This document shows positions 53,316 to 64,000 of a DNA stretch of 64,000 nt, piece by piece. The notes below the pieces were generated by a model. It ran no database searches. It saw only the letters and a program-made list of their open reading frames with translations, and was not told the origin of the DNA. The stretch covers positions 13,826,001 to 13,890,000 of the forward strand of contig CP075497.1 of assembly GCA_021613535.1 (NCBI GenBank). The letters are read 5' to 3'. Origin of the DNA: Adineta vaga (lineage: Eukaryota > Animalia > Rotifera). Every line of letters starts with the position of its first letter. Positions within the stretch are counted from its first letter, which is position 1. Position numbers and translations under genes: made by a program.

Positions 53316-54637
53316 CCTCGATTGAAAGGAGGGTCATATGAAAAAAAATAGTTTGTTTGTCTGTGTCAGGATCAAAGGTCATAAAATTAGATTTTTCGGT
53401 AATCACGATAAAACTTAACTAAAAGGGTAATCGAGGCCAGGGATGACGAATATGATGTTAATTCTGACTAGTTATTAACTAATTAGTTAATTAATTAGTA
53501 TTATTTCTCATAAAATTTGACCAAACGATTTTCTGGGTCAATGATCAAGAATCTGGTGTTCCTTTTGATTTATTACTAACTGATTGGCTAATTAATTATT
53601 AATTAATAATATTTTAAATAAAACTTCGCCAAATAGTCATCAGATGTGAGGATCACGAATATGACGTTAGTTTTAACTGATTATTAGTTATTAATATTCT
53701 CAATAATACTTCACCAAAAGGTAATTGGGAGGAAAGAATATGAATATGATATTAGTTTTCAAAATTTTTTTCCGAGTTTTCTTCTGAAATATTGAACTAA
53801 GTTTTACAAGAAAAACTAATGGGGTTTGTAAGGGTTCACCGAAGGGTTATAGAGGTTCAGGATTCGAATTTGATGTTAGTTGTTCCCTTGGCTGAAAGGA
53901 GGGTGATACGAAAAAAAGTGGCCGAAAAACGAAAATGCGTTTGTGTTTGTGTCTGTCGTAGGTCGAAGGTCAAATACATATACACTAATACAAAGTATGA
54001 AGATATCTATAGGTGTTCAAGCCTTATATAAAGAGTTGCACAGCAGTTCTCTAGTCCTATGAGAATGGTTGGTTACTGAATCAGATAACCCACAGCCTCG
54101 CTCAATATAGAAATGATGAGGGACAGTTCCTATTGTTTGCAGGAACGGAAGAATATGTGTTTCAAAGATTGAAAATGGGATGGTTGCGGAGCGGCGAGTC
54201 GTGAGTGACGCCCCATCGGGACGCCGATGAACGACGAGCTGCTCTCGATAATATCTTCTGATATACCGATGAAGAAAATCAACCGAATTGGCAGTGAAAT
54301 CTCTTGAAGAATCGCACCCTGTTTATCGATATTTATGGTTCTGTTCGAAATAGAGGCATAGTTGAAGATGGTAACGTCATTGTGATTGCTCTAAGAAATT
54401 TATCATTTTATTTGGACAGTTTTTTCCATTTCCAAACATCTAATAAATGGGACGAATGACACTATAGGTGGAAGTTGGTTAGATTAGAACTGTGGCAGAA
54501 ATAAGGATCCTTTTCGACAAACCATTTCCGACGAAATCTCTGCCTTTTCGTGTGTAAAACGTTTTGGGAGGTACTTGAAGGTGAGGTATAAAGTCGGTCG
54601 AGAGTCAAGCGAGTCAGCCTCGACGAGCGTTATAGTT
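53311..54637 (+). mobile_element. Two tandem HINE/Helentron-like non-autonomous elements
   Basis: Left-end motif at 53311 and 53883; 3'-type hairpin at 54599-54637 similar to 7372-7411. Confidence 0.5.
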
Positions 54638-54771
54638 AACCTAGAATTCCCTCTTGAGAAAGCACTATGCAATGTCCTTATCATGATTTATGTGAGTCTT
54701 TTGATGACTCAACAAAAACTGCTTGAAGTCAAGTATATATTCAATCTGCTAGATTAATTTATATTTGGAAT

Positions 54772-55467
54772 TCATCGAAGTAGTAGACAAGCGAGAAAAA
54801 GCACCAGATATGTACTTGAGTATCGAATACTGGTGTTCGAGTCAGTATAAGGTTCTCCAACGATCGTTAAATCTTCAAAATTAATATCAAATCCATCTGT
54901 GTTTTCATTGGGCGAAGCACACATAATTCCAACCATCATCGGTCGAGTTCTATCAATTACTGGAAAATATGCCAATCGCATCATTTTGACTTCGCTTTGT
55001 ATACCTTCAGCAAATTCAATATGAATTGTTTCTTTCACCCTACGAACCCTCAATTTCAAAACATCAGGTGAGTTAATTTGAACAACACTCCAATCCGACC
55101 AACCGTTAACTGTTACAACAGCACTTGCATATTGTTGACCTTCAACATATTCCACTCCACATTTAATCCAATTTTTATTGTCAATTCGTATCATTAAACC
55201 ACCTTGGTCGTAAAGCTCACGATATTTGCCTCGTACATTCACTGTTAAATTAAAAGGTTCCTCACCAGATAAAGATTTATAAAAGAAATGTCCTGTATCA
55301 CGCTGAAAACCATAGAACGTACTTTGCCAAAAGTCGGTATTTTTGTCCGTATGAACAGAAATTGTTGTATCATTAACAGACCATCTTTTCGGTTCGTTAT
55401 ACCAGGTGAAATTCATTTGAGATAAAAACGTCGAAAAAAGAACAACGTTCTCCATGGATGTTTGCAC
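54772..55467 (-). CDS. DUF1349 (Ree1-like, concanavalin A-like fold) protein with a hydrophobic C-terminal tail
   Basis: WYNEP..W, TDFWQSTFYGFQRDTGHF, YRELYDQGGLMIRID..NWIKCGVEYVEG, SAVVT..GWSDWS, GIMCASP; uninterrupted ORF. Confidence 0.88.
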   Translation of the reverse strand: MQTSMENVVLFSTFLSQMNFTWYNEPKRWSVNDTTISVHTDKNTDFWQSTFYGFQRDTGHFFYKSLSGEEPFNLTVNVRGKYRELYDQGGLMIRIDNKNWIKCGVEYVEGQQYASAVVTVNGWSDWSVVQINSPDVLKLRVRRVKETIHIEFAEGIQSEVKMMRLAYFPVIDRTRPMMVGIMCASPNENTDGFDINFEDLTIVGEPYTDSNTSIRYSSTYLVLFLACLLLR

Positions 55468-55690
55468 TCAACTGCGTAGCTTTATTGTCATTTACATGTG
55501 TCCTTTTGTATTTATAATCTGCGTAATAAAAAGAAAGTGCGTCGTATTCTTATCTTCAACGTTTAAATCATCTAATATTTAACCAGTATAAACTTTGTAT
55601 AAAACGTCCGTGTTCTTCACACACCAAAAGGACAGGGTATGGGTGAGAGTTAGGTGTGTTCCTTTATTTTTTACTTTTCTTTATATAAAG

Positions 55691-55981
55691 AATTAAAGTA
55701 ACGCAAAATTTTTATTCATCTAATCATGAACAAGTAGCTGCGTGTTTACAATATATCGGTTATGTTTTTGAACGATTAAATATGTTTGAAGAATCTATTG
55801 AAATACTATCGAAAGCATTGACAGTTTTGGAAGAAAAATCTCCACCTGATAATCCAAAACTTGCATCATGTTTATTTTCAATAGGAACTACTTTGAGTAA
55901 ACAGGATAAAGATGATGAAGCGCTCATTTATTACAAACGAACACTTGTAATTCGAGAAAAACATTATGTATTAGGCGATAT
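55691..55981 (+). pseudogene. TPR gene continuation, cut at 55981
   Basis: FYSSNHEQVAACLQYIGYVFERLNMFEESIEILSKAL...LASCLFSIGTTLSKQ. Confidence 0.8.
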
Positions 55982-58900
55982 CCCAGACAGACATAACCCT
56001 TAAAAATACGCGTAATCCCTCGTTATATGTACGCATTTTTGTCGTATATACCAGTAGCATTATGAAAGTGTATTTTCGAGTGAGAAATAGTTTCGTATTT
56101 TGATATAATTAAATTATTTCTTACTCGTATTTACCAGTAGGATTATTAACGTGCTGTTGTGTCTGGATACAAATTAATGTTGTTTTAAATGTCAAAGAAG
56201 TCGGATATGTGTAATGATTCGTATCGGGAACCGATTGTTAAGTGAAGTTAGGGAACGTATATAGGTTGGATTGTATTAGTTCGAATTGTATTCGGGTCGT
56301 GCGTGAATTTTTGTTGAAAGATGTGTCAGATGAGTTCTTTTACATAACGAACGTGCGTTTTTGCGAACGATCGTAGTTAGATTGTAGCATAGCTAGAATA
56401 GGAAAGAAGTAGTATGAAGATTTTATTGTTAGAAATAGTATAGAAAATTGTTATCAAGACACATTTCAGGTTTCCTCCATTAAATTGGGAAATATATAAT
56501 ATTGTGAAGAGGTTGTGAATTGTAAATCTCTTCGATAACCAACTTTTTCTCTAACGTTTTTGCAGTTGACTGAAACAGTTTTTGGTGGAGATGAATGCTC
56601 GGCGAAAACCAGAAAATCATTAACATATTGTGATCCATCGAAGGAAAAGAAATCAAATCCAGTAATATATGCTTGATCAACTATGAATATGATATCATTG
56701 GTTGTTTTCATTTATATTATACCAAGAATTATTCCAATATAAAGATCATTGGAATTATCAGCATATATAATGGCAGAATTATCCACTTGTTTATGGTTCG
56801 AACGGTAGATTGTGAAAGATGTATTTTGATAAAAGCAAAAGGAATGATGCGTATACTGATTCTTTCGATAAACGTTTTGAAGATATTCAGTAGCATATAA
56901 GGAAACAGGACATGTTATGTGACCCAGACCAAAATCGGTAATTTTTTCAATAGATGTTGGTATAGCACGTCTCTTCGATGAAAGGATCTGATGGATTAAT
57001 AATGAAATTTTTGGATGAAAAGCAGAATTCTTAAGCAAAGTTGTAGCATGAGATGTAAACTCGAAATTGTTAATCAATTGCTTTAAAACCAATGATGGAC
57101 CATGAATAGATTTTACAAATGATCCTATTTAAACAGAACGATGACGAAGAAAAGCTTTAAACATCTCTATAATGCACTCAAAAAAATGTCTTTAGAGATT
57201 AGCTGAATTTGAAAAACTCTTCAAGGATAAGTAGTTCCAGATGATGAAAATTTTGTTAGTGTTGACTGTAAGATTATCACTATTTACCAAAATGAAAGAT
57301 CAAAATACATCTGTCTTTACAAATGATCCTTAAAGACTCATCATATCATTATGAATTTTTCATATAGCAAGTTCTATATTAAAATCTATATGATTCATGA
57401 TAAACACATGATATTAACTAAGTATATCATAAAATGGTTCTTGTAATAGATATTAATTAAAACTACTTCTGACTTTATAAACTCTCTTGTATAATCACTA
57501 TTCGATAGTTGAATATATGTACTGAAAGATATCTTAGAGTTATCACTTACGTGGATAGAAAAGATAGTTTTGCAAGAAATAAGCTATACATACCAACTGT
57601 GCTTTCAAAATTGAATGTACTGTAATTATGAATAGGCCCAAATTTGACTAATGATTGATGAACATGTGAAAGTGCATGTACATTCGGAACACAATTAGAC
57701 GTCTTCAACATACAAGAAAGATGATGTTATGGCGTAACATGGTTGAAATCAAGAATACAAACTCCATATAACAACGAAAACTCATTCTCAAATTTATCCA
57801 AGAGCCTTTTGATTTCACTTAAACGAGTAGTTGTTAAAACCCTTGCTTCCGAGAAAATAGCTGCAGAAGCTAATAAGCGAAAATGTTCGTAATATTTTGT
57901 TTTCATTACTTGTTCGAATACTCTATCCAAAAGAAACTTTTATGTTATGAATTTATGAATATTCGTAGTATATATACTTATATCCAAAAAGTAGTGTCAT
58001 GCTAAATTTATTGGCTTTCCACGTTGTATAATACCGTAAAGCACGTGGTAATCCATTGGTAGTCGGATAATGAATATTTTGTAGTAGTTTCTCTAAGCGA
58101 GATAATTGCTTTTTAACTGAGTAATCTGCTTTAACCGTCTCCAACCACAAATATATCAATTTTTTCTTTAAGTGAAAAGAAAAGAAAATTTTTTTTTATT
58201 CACAAACTCTTTCATTCTCCATCAATTGAAAATATGGATTACTTACGAATACACCAGCATATAATCCATGTAACGAATCAAAACAAAAACTCGCACCAAT
58301 TTCAAAATAAGTTAATTGACGTACAGCACAATAACCTACATGACCACAAGCTCTATCGTCTGATGGATCTGTTGGTACATAATTCTATACGAGAAGTATT
58401 GATGAAATAAGTAAGAAAAGTGACAAAATTAGGTTTTTTACTTTATCTAAAATCTTCATGAAATGGTCATATGTCGTATTATTTCGAAGTTTTTCAGGAT
58501 TTCTGTTGTCGTTAATAAAGTATCGTGAGTTTGATGCACCAGTTTTACCTATATGTACAAACATACATGCGCAAATATATATAGGCAGTTAGATAGGTAG
58601 ATAGATAGATTTATCGATTGAGAACCAGGTTTCTCAAGAAGAAAATACCAAATAATAAAACTATAATTCGCTACAGATATTAAACTATTCTAACCTGGTA
58701 TGCACACCAGTCACAACTGAAAAAGCCGGTAGGATCTTTAATGTGCATCATAAGAGATTGTGCTGGTTTGTCACAAACAGCTGCAATAGTAAAAGCATAA
58801 AAATGTGTGTAAACTCTATTTTGAGATTTACCATCAGATGGAATTTCAACATCAAATCCAGTATGTTCAAGAAATTTTAACTCATTTACAATATCTTGTA

Positions 58901-61140
58901 AAACTGTGGCATATTCTTGTTTCTTTGGCTTTTCAATTCCATTTGATATAGAACATATTAATATGTTGTTAATATTATAACGTTTGTTACGAGGCAACTC
59001 ATTGATACAAGCACATGTTATCCATATTGAACGACATATTCGTTTTAAAAATACTCCATCTCTGTTCAACGTGAGTGTTATACAGTTTCTGTTTGGATTA
59101 ATCTGCTTTTGTTTTAATATTATTTCTTCACAACGTTTAGAATTTAACATATCATCGCATTGATTTGATTCGTAAGTATGTTTAAGAAGGGTTTCTCTTT
59201 CAAGGATAGAAAGAATTTGTGGGACCAAAGGAAAAACAAAGACAGATGTTGGAGCTGGTATAGGAGTATTAATCGGTTGACATCTCATCAAATTACATTT
59301 CGAAGCGCTTGCACATTTATTACCACATGAAGGACAGATAAAAGATTGATTTCCTTCGAGTAATGTCGGATTATTTCTTTTCAAGTGCCTCATGACTCCA
59401 TGAAAATCCTTCGGCATATATGGAATATTGAACATATTAATAATACGGCATATATCATTTGCAGCAGTTTTGCTAATACTATGTCTTTTCCACGTGAAAA
59501 ATAACAATATGGACAATTCAGTAGCATCAGGTAATTTTTCTGATTCCAATCGATTTTTAGAAACGTTATTCGAGACTTCCGAATGTTCCTCAATGTCATC
59601 ATGAGCATCACCTGAATCTGTCTCGTCATCATCACCATCACCATCATCATCAACATCGTCATCATTATATTCATCTTCATCTTCGTACTCATTATAACAT
59701 TCACCATCATCATCTTTAGCTTTAGATTCATAATCATCATCAACATGTCTTTCTGATATATATCGTGTGGCTGCATCACTTGAAACTGGATCTGACACTA
59801 AGTAGTATCCATCATGTTGTAATGTGGATATTGTATCATCATCGGAAGCCATGTGTTGGTCAGAATCATGTGTTTCAAGTTCTCTAATAATAGTTGATAT
59901 CGTAGTGAAAACGTTTACAAAAAGTAGAACAAACATACAGTGGATTGCTCAATATATTTGTTGTCATCATTTCTGTTGTATCAAACTGGTTTTTTTCTCG
60001 AATTCGAGTACGATAAAGGCAGAATCGAGATTTTCTATCCATTATCCTTTGTATCTCATTTTCATCTTCGTCAGTCATCTAGAAACATTCTTTTTTTGAG
60101 ATCGTTTAAAAGAATTTTCGTATACTTTTTTATACTGAAACATTCAAAGCAAATGATGACATATTTTATACAGATCTGATGGTTTGTATTCATTACAACT
60201 ACATTTAATCGGTATATTCATATAATATTTGGATTTGTAAATAATGGTTACGAAAAGTTTATTAAAAAGTAAGAGAAGAATACGAGGATATATGTCTTTG
60301 AGTTTCATTAAAATATGATTGAGAATCAAGTAATAAAAAAAATTAAAAACGAAGAAGATATAAGTGTTTAATGTAAAAAACTTCATAAAAGAAAATCAGT
60401 GAAAACTAATTCAAATAAATATCGAAGACATGAAAATTATTCCTCTTCACTACTTGATTCATCAACTATTTTACTTTTTCGTACATCTGATCGAACGTTA
60501 TCGAAATTTTCATCTTCATATAATTCCTCGTCGTCGTCTTCATCAGATTCATCATCTCCACTGCTTTCGTCACATTCATCAGCATTAGCACCATCATGTT
60601 GTGGAACATTTTGATCAATTGGCATAGATCTTCTTGTTCGATCAGATTTATTACCTTGTCTTATATTAGCTGCAATATCACTCCGCATCTTCTTATAACT
60701 AACACTGTATTTCGGTCGAGAAAGCCGAGCAAATGCTAAAATAAAAAACAATGGAATGATAGACTTTTCAATATTAAATCAGTATTTTATATTGTCCTCA
60801 GAAATTATAATTTTTTTCTCAAATAAAGTGAAACAATAAAGAGAAATTAAGCAATATGCTCAACCTTTGTATTCAGTAATGAACTAGAAGAACTTACCAT
60901 ATATATTTCTGAGCGTCGCCATGGGTACTTGTTTTATTGAATGAACATAAACTTTGTCATCAACTGTTGGACATAAATGTCTCCAAACGTTCATTGCAAC
61001 TTTATCAGGTCTGATGGCATCTCTTTGCACGAATTCTATTGTTTGATCACTTAGATCGAGTTCACGTGCTACTTCTTCAATCGTACGATTATCATTTTGA
61101 TATTTGTTCTCATTTGATTCAATGAATAAAAACAATTCGT
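55982..61140 (-). mobile_element. CACTA/EnSpm(CMC)-like DNA transposon, decayed
   Basis: Begins with CCCAG where the TPR frame breaks. Spliced transposase 56466-60078 with LTLNRDGV, SIW, INELP...R, DKPAQS, TGFFSCDWC, DSLHGLYAGV, WKAN, NVHALSH, FGPIHNYSTFNFES. Right end uncertain. Confidence 0.8.
60437..61135 (-). CDS. Accessory gene fragment with a BEN-like helical domain
   Basis: VARELDLSDQTIE...VAMNVWRHLCP...LRNIY|AFARLSRP; similar layout to the domain at 24200-25011. Confidence 0.4.
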
Positions 61141-61189
61141 TCTAAAAATTCTCCTGAGGTTTTACTAAAAAGCAGAAATGTTGTGAATT

Positions 61190-62282
61190 ATTATTTGGAA
61201 AATTAATATAAAAATGGCTAATTTCGCTGTCTTCGAATAAGATTTACAAAGGATCATCAATAGCATTTTCATGAATAAACTATCATACAATATAGTGCTT
61301 ATCAAAGATATTCGAAATACACTGCTTGCCTGATAAATTCACTGCTTAATACGCGGTCCGATTCTTCCTGCAGATCCTTACAAATATATGAAAACCGGTC
61401 CAACTAATTTTCCAGTCATACTAATTATTGGCATAATTGTGTATTGAATGAGTAGCAGCATTCATTGATTTGACGTGCCCTTTAATTATTTTTTCACCAG
61501 TTGTTGCTGGCGTCCGTGTCGATGGATTGTTATAGCTAATACATTAGAAATTAGTTTCTGATTAATTATTTTCTGGCTGCAAATAACTTACTTGAAACTG
61601 CTTTGATCACTGTTCAATACATGAACTTCAGCATAATCCGGAATTGTATTTTTCACTGTTTTCACAAAACGCTCGGCGGATTTTAATGTTTCATTCTGGT
61701 CTTCCAAATGTTTTTAGTTACCAGTTTTGTCACTTTTCTTGATGAAATATAGTGCCGTCTTTTGAAGTTTAGTATTCAGTGCGAAGATGCCATGAAACCG
61801 ACCGGATTTAAATTACGTGCTTTTCTGATGGCCAAATGCCTTATGTCAGAGTCGTGTATTGACAAACAATATTCTCGAACCCAAATAAATTCTGAATATA
61901 CAAAATCGTCGATAAGTTGGAGTTTCTGTGTTTTCGTACCATGAGCATTAACTTATTGCTTTATTCGACGCAGTTGTTCTTTATGTTTTACTTGTCTATA
62001 TTGTCTACATAATGTAGGAAAGGTATGTGTTTTTGAAAACTCAACAAACGCACATATTGTATCATAAGAATATTGTATTCCATCAACATTCACTGCAACA
62101 GCATTCTCTTTTTCTTCTTCTTGATAGTCAACACTACAATCGTCATATGCAACAAAATCCAATGTTACAATATGATCGACCAGCTCATAACCTATGGATG
62201 ACGCTTCATCTTTAGTAGGTTCTGGATATTTCCGATGCACCAGATTGTTAAAAATATGAAGAATATTGTGAACATTTATCAT
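61190..62282 (-). pseudogene. pogo/Tigger-like (CENP-B HTH + DDE) transposase remnant
   Basis: IHDSDIRHLAIRKARNLNPVGFMASSH*ILNFKRRHYISSRKVTK around 61730-61870; stops and frameshifts. Confidence 0.7.
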
Positions 62283-63421
62283 GTTGCTTTTGAAAAACTT
62301 GTAATAAATAAATTCAGAAGTTGTAAACGTTACAGTATACTTTATTTAAATCATACGTGATCTATATATAAAGGTCAAAAGACTAACGAATATACGAATA
62401 CAAAAACGATCGATATTCGAAGAACAAAGAATTAATGATTAAAGAAACATGGAGACAAGAATACATATACACCAAAATATTTGAAAAATCTCAAAATGCG
62501 CATAGTATAGAGAAACATATATGTCAATACTATACAAACTGTTTTGCGTGTAATTTTTTATTGAGGTAATAAGAGCACCTAATTGTTTCGCATCTGAGAT
62601 AGGTATACTTATGACAACACATCTGCATGATTTCCATTAAAATCCCCGGGACACACCTGGGTAGGTTCCCTTGTAAGTATATTTATCGTACGTATTATAA
62701 GATAATATATTTGATATTTGTATTAATGATAAAATTCTAATGTGACGACGAATCCATTGAAGAAAATATTGTAAAAACATTATTTTATAGAAAAGAAGAT
62801 GTTATTAGATGAGGAAATAAAAAAAATTACATAATATGAGTGTGTATTAAAGAACACACGCACATCTTCATGATGGAAAAGAAAATATGAAGTGGATCTC
62901 TTAAACATTTAATATGTATTATTATTAAATTATTTCTATTTCAGTAAATTAAAGTTAATCAAAGATACGAAAGAAAAAAAAAGAAATTAAATTATTTATT
63001 TATTCATTTTATTATGTATGTAGTCGTATATTATTGGAAAGGATCTTTTTCTTTGACATAATGTCATTTTTTTCATCTAAGTAATCTAAATTGAAAAGTA
63101 TCCTTCTCTATATATATGAAATAATTTTGATTACAAACAGAACCGTATCAACACGTGGGCGCATGAAAAGATTTTAATTGACTGGCGTTGACACTATTCA
63201 TTAACGATCTATTCTTAGTAAAAAAAAAAGATCTAATTACTATACTGGATTTGAAACAAAAAATAATATTTCATGTAAAATAAACCAACAGAAATAAACT
63301 TCACAGAAGAAGAATTTATTTCTGAGCACATTCTTTCTATAGTCATATACAAATTTTTATCTTTTTCAAGAAGAAAAATCGAAGTAGATTATTATTATTT
63401 TCTATCATTCTAATTTTGTTA

Positions 63422-64000
63422 ATGGATATAAATAATATTACAGATTCTATATCGATAGAATGCGATTTAGAAGATGATTTAGGTTATAATCTTATTCCAA
63501 TGTATCGTATTTTATTTATTTTAAGTTGTATTACTGTTCCACTTGGAATTTTTCTTAATATTATATTTATCATTACTTTGATTTCTCTTGCAAAAAAGAT
63601 CTTTGATGTTAATATTCATGCTCTTTTATTGAGTTGTATAGCACAAATTCCACTTTCTATTCTTCAACAACCAATTCGACTTTATTTTTATTATCATAAT
63701 GGATGTTTACCTGTAGCTGGTACTTCATTGTGTCAATTAACAGTTTATCTTGATTATATTCCACCACAAATTAATAATTTTCTTATAGTTCAACTATCAT
63801 TTGAACGTTTACTTCTTGTTATAAAGCCTTTTATATTTCGTCAAACTCGTCATCAAAGATATACTTATGCAATATATCTTCATTATATTGGTCTTTTTCT
63901 AGCTATCATATTTCCTTGTCTTTATTATCCAATTATTATGCAAAATGGCGCATCAACAATTGATCTCGATGATCCATCATTAACACAAACATGTGATCTA
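63422..64000 (+). CDS. Class A GPCR (runs off right edge)
   Basis: ATG 63422, open frame with TM1 (VPLGIFLNIIFI), TM3 SLCQLTVYLDY...LSFERLLLVIKP, and TM4. Confidence 0.85.
   Translation, partial: MDINNITDSISIECDLEDDLGYNLIPMYRILFILSCITVPLGIFLNIIFIITLISLAKKIFDVNIHALLLSCIAQIPLSILQQPIRLYFYYHNGCLPVAGTSLCQLTVYLDYIPPQINNFLIVQLSFERLLLVIKPFIFRQTRHQRYTYAIYLHYIGLFLAIIFPCLYYPIIMQNGASTIDLDDPSLTQTCDL

Noticed and set aside
62640-62670. CTGGG as the right TIR of the CACTA-like element starting CCCAG at 55982
   Set aside because: Only 5 bp match and the flanking dinucleotides differ (AT vs TA).

Overview
AT-rich eukaryotic DNA with short GT-AG introns. The gene and transposon repertoire (Athena-type Penelope-like RT, expanded TPR/GPCR/FG-GAP families, bacterial- and fungal-type genes) points to a bdelloid rotifer, probably a TE-rich, subtelomere-like region (inference). 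Left to right: (1) 1-6954, a minus-strand Terminon/Athena-like retroelement cassette: three ORF1 paralogs plus an endonuclease-less RT reached by a -1 frameshift (T TTT TTC followed by a 10-bp stem). (2) 8462-26997, a candidate ~18.5-kb DNA element bounded by inverted arrays of an 8/9-bp repeat (TTGTGGTC...GACCACAA). It carries an apparently intact spliced KDZ transposase, a large spliced DUF3987-like P-loop protein, a 60-bp tandem array, a divergent BEN-like gene and a nested Tc1. (3) 27-38 kb, nested or truncated TEs (P/THAP9-like, piggyBac, MITE, LINE). (4) 38.4-46 kb, a multi-exon membrane-protein gene ending in FG-GAP repeats. (5) 47-62.3 kb, Helitron/HINE-like pieces, a fungal-type NCS1 fragment, a second piggyBac, a TPR pseudogene interrupted by a block with a bacterial-type DUF1349 gene, and CACTA-like and pogo-like remnants. 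(6) A GPCR running off the right edge. All family assignments come from motif recognition by eye; no database search was run.
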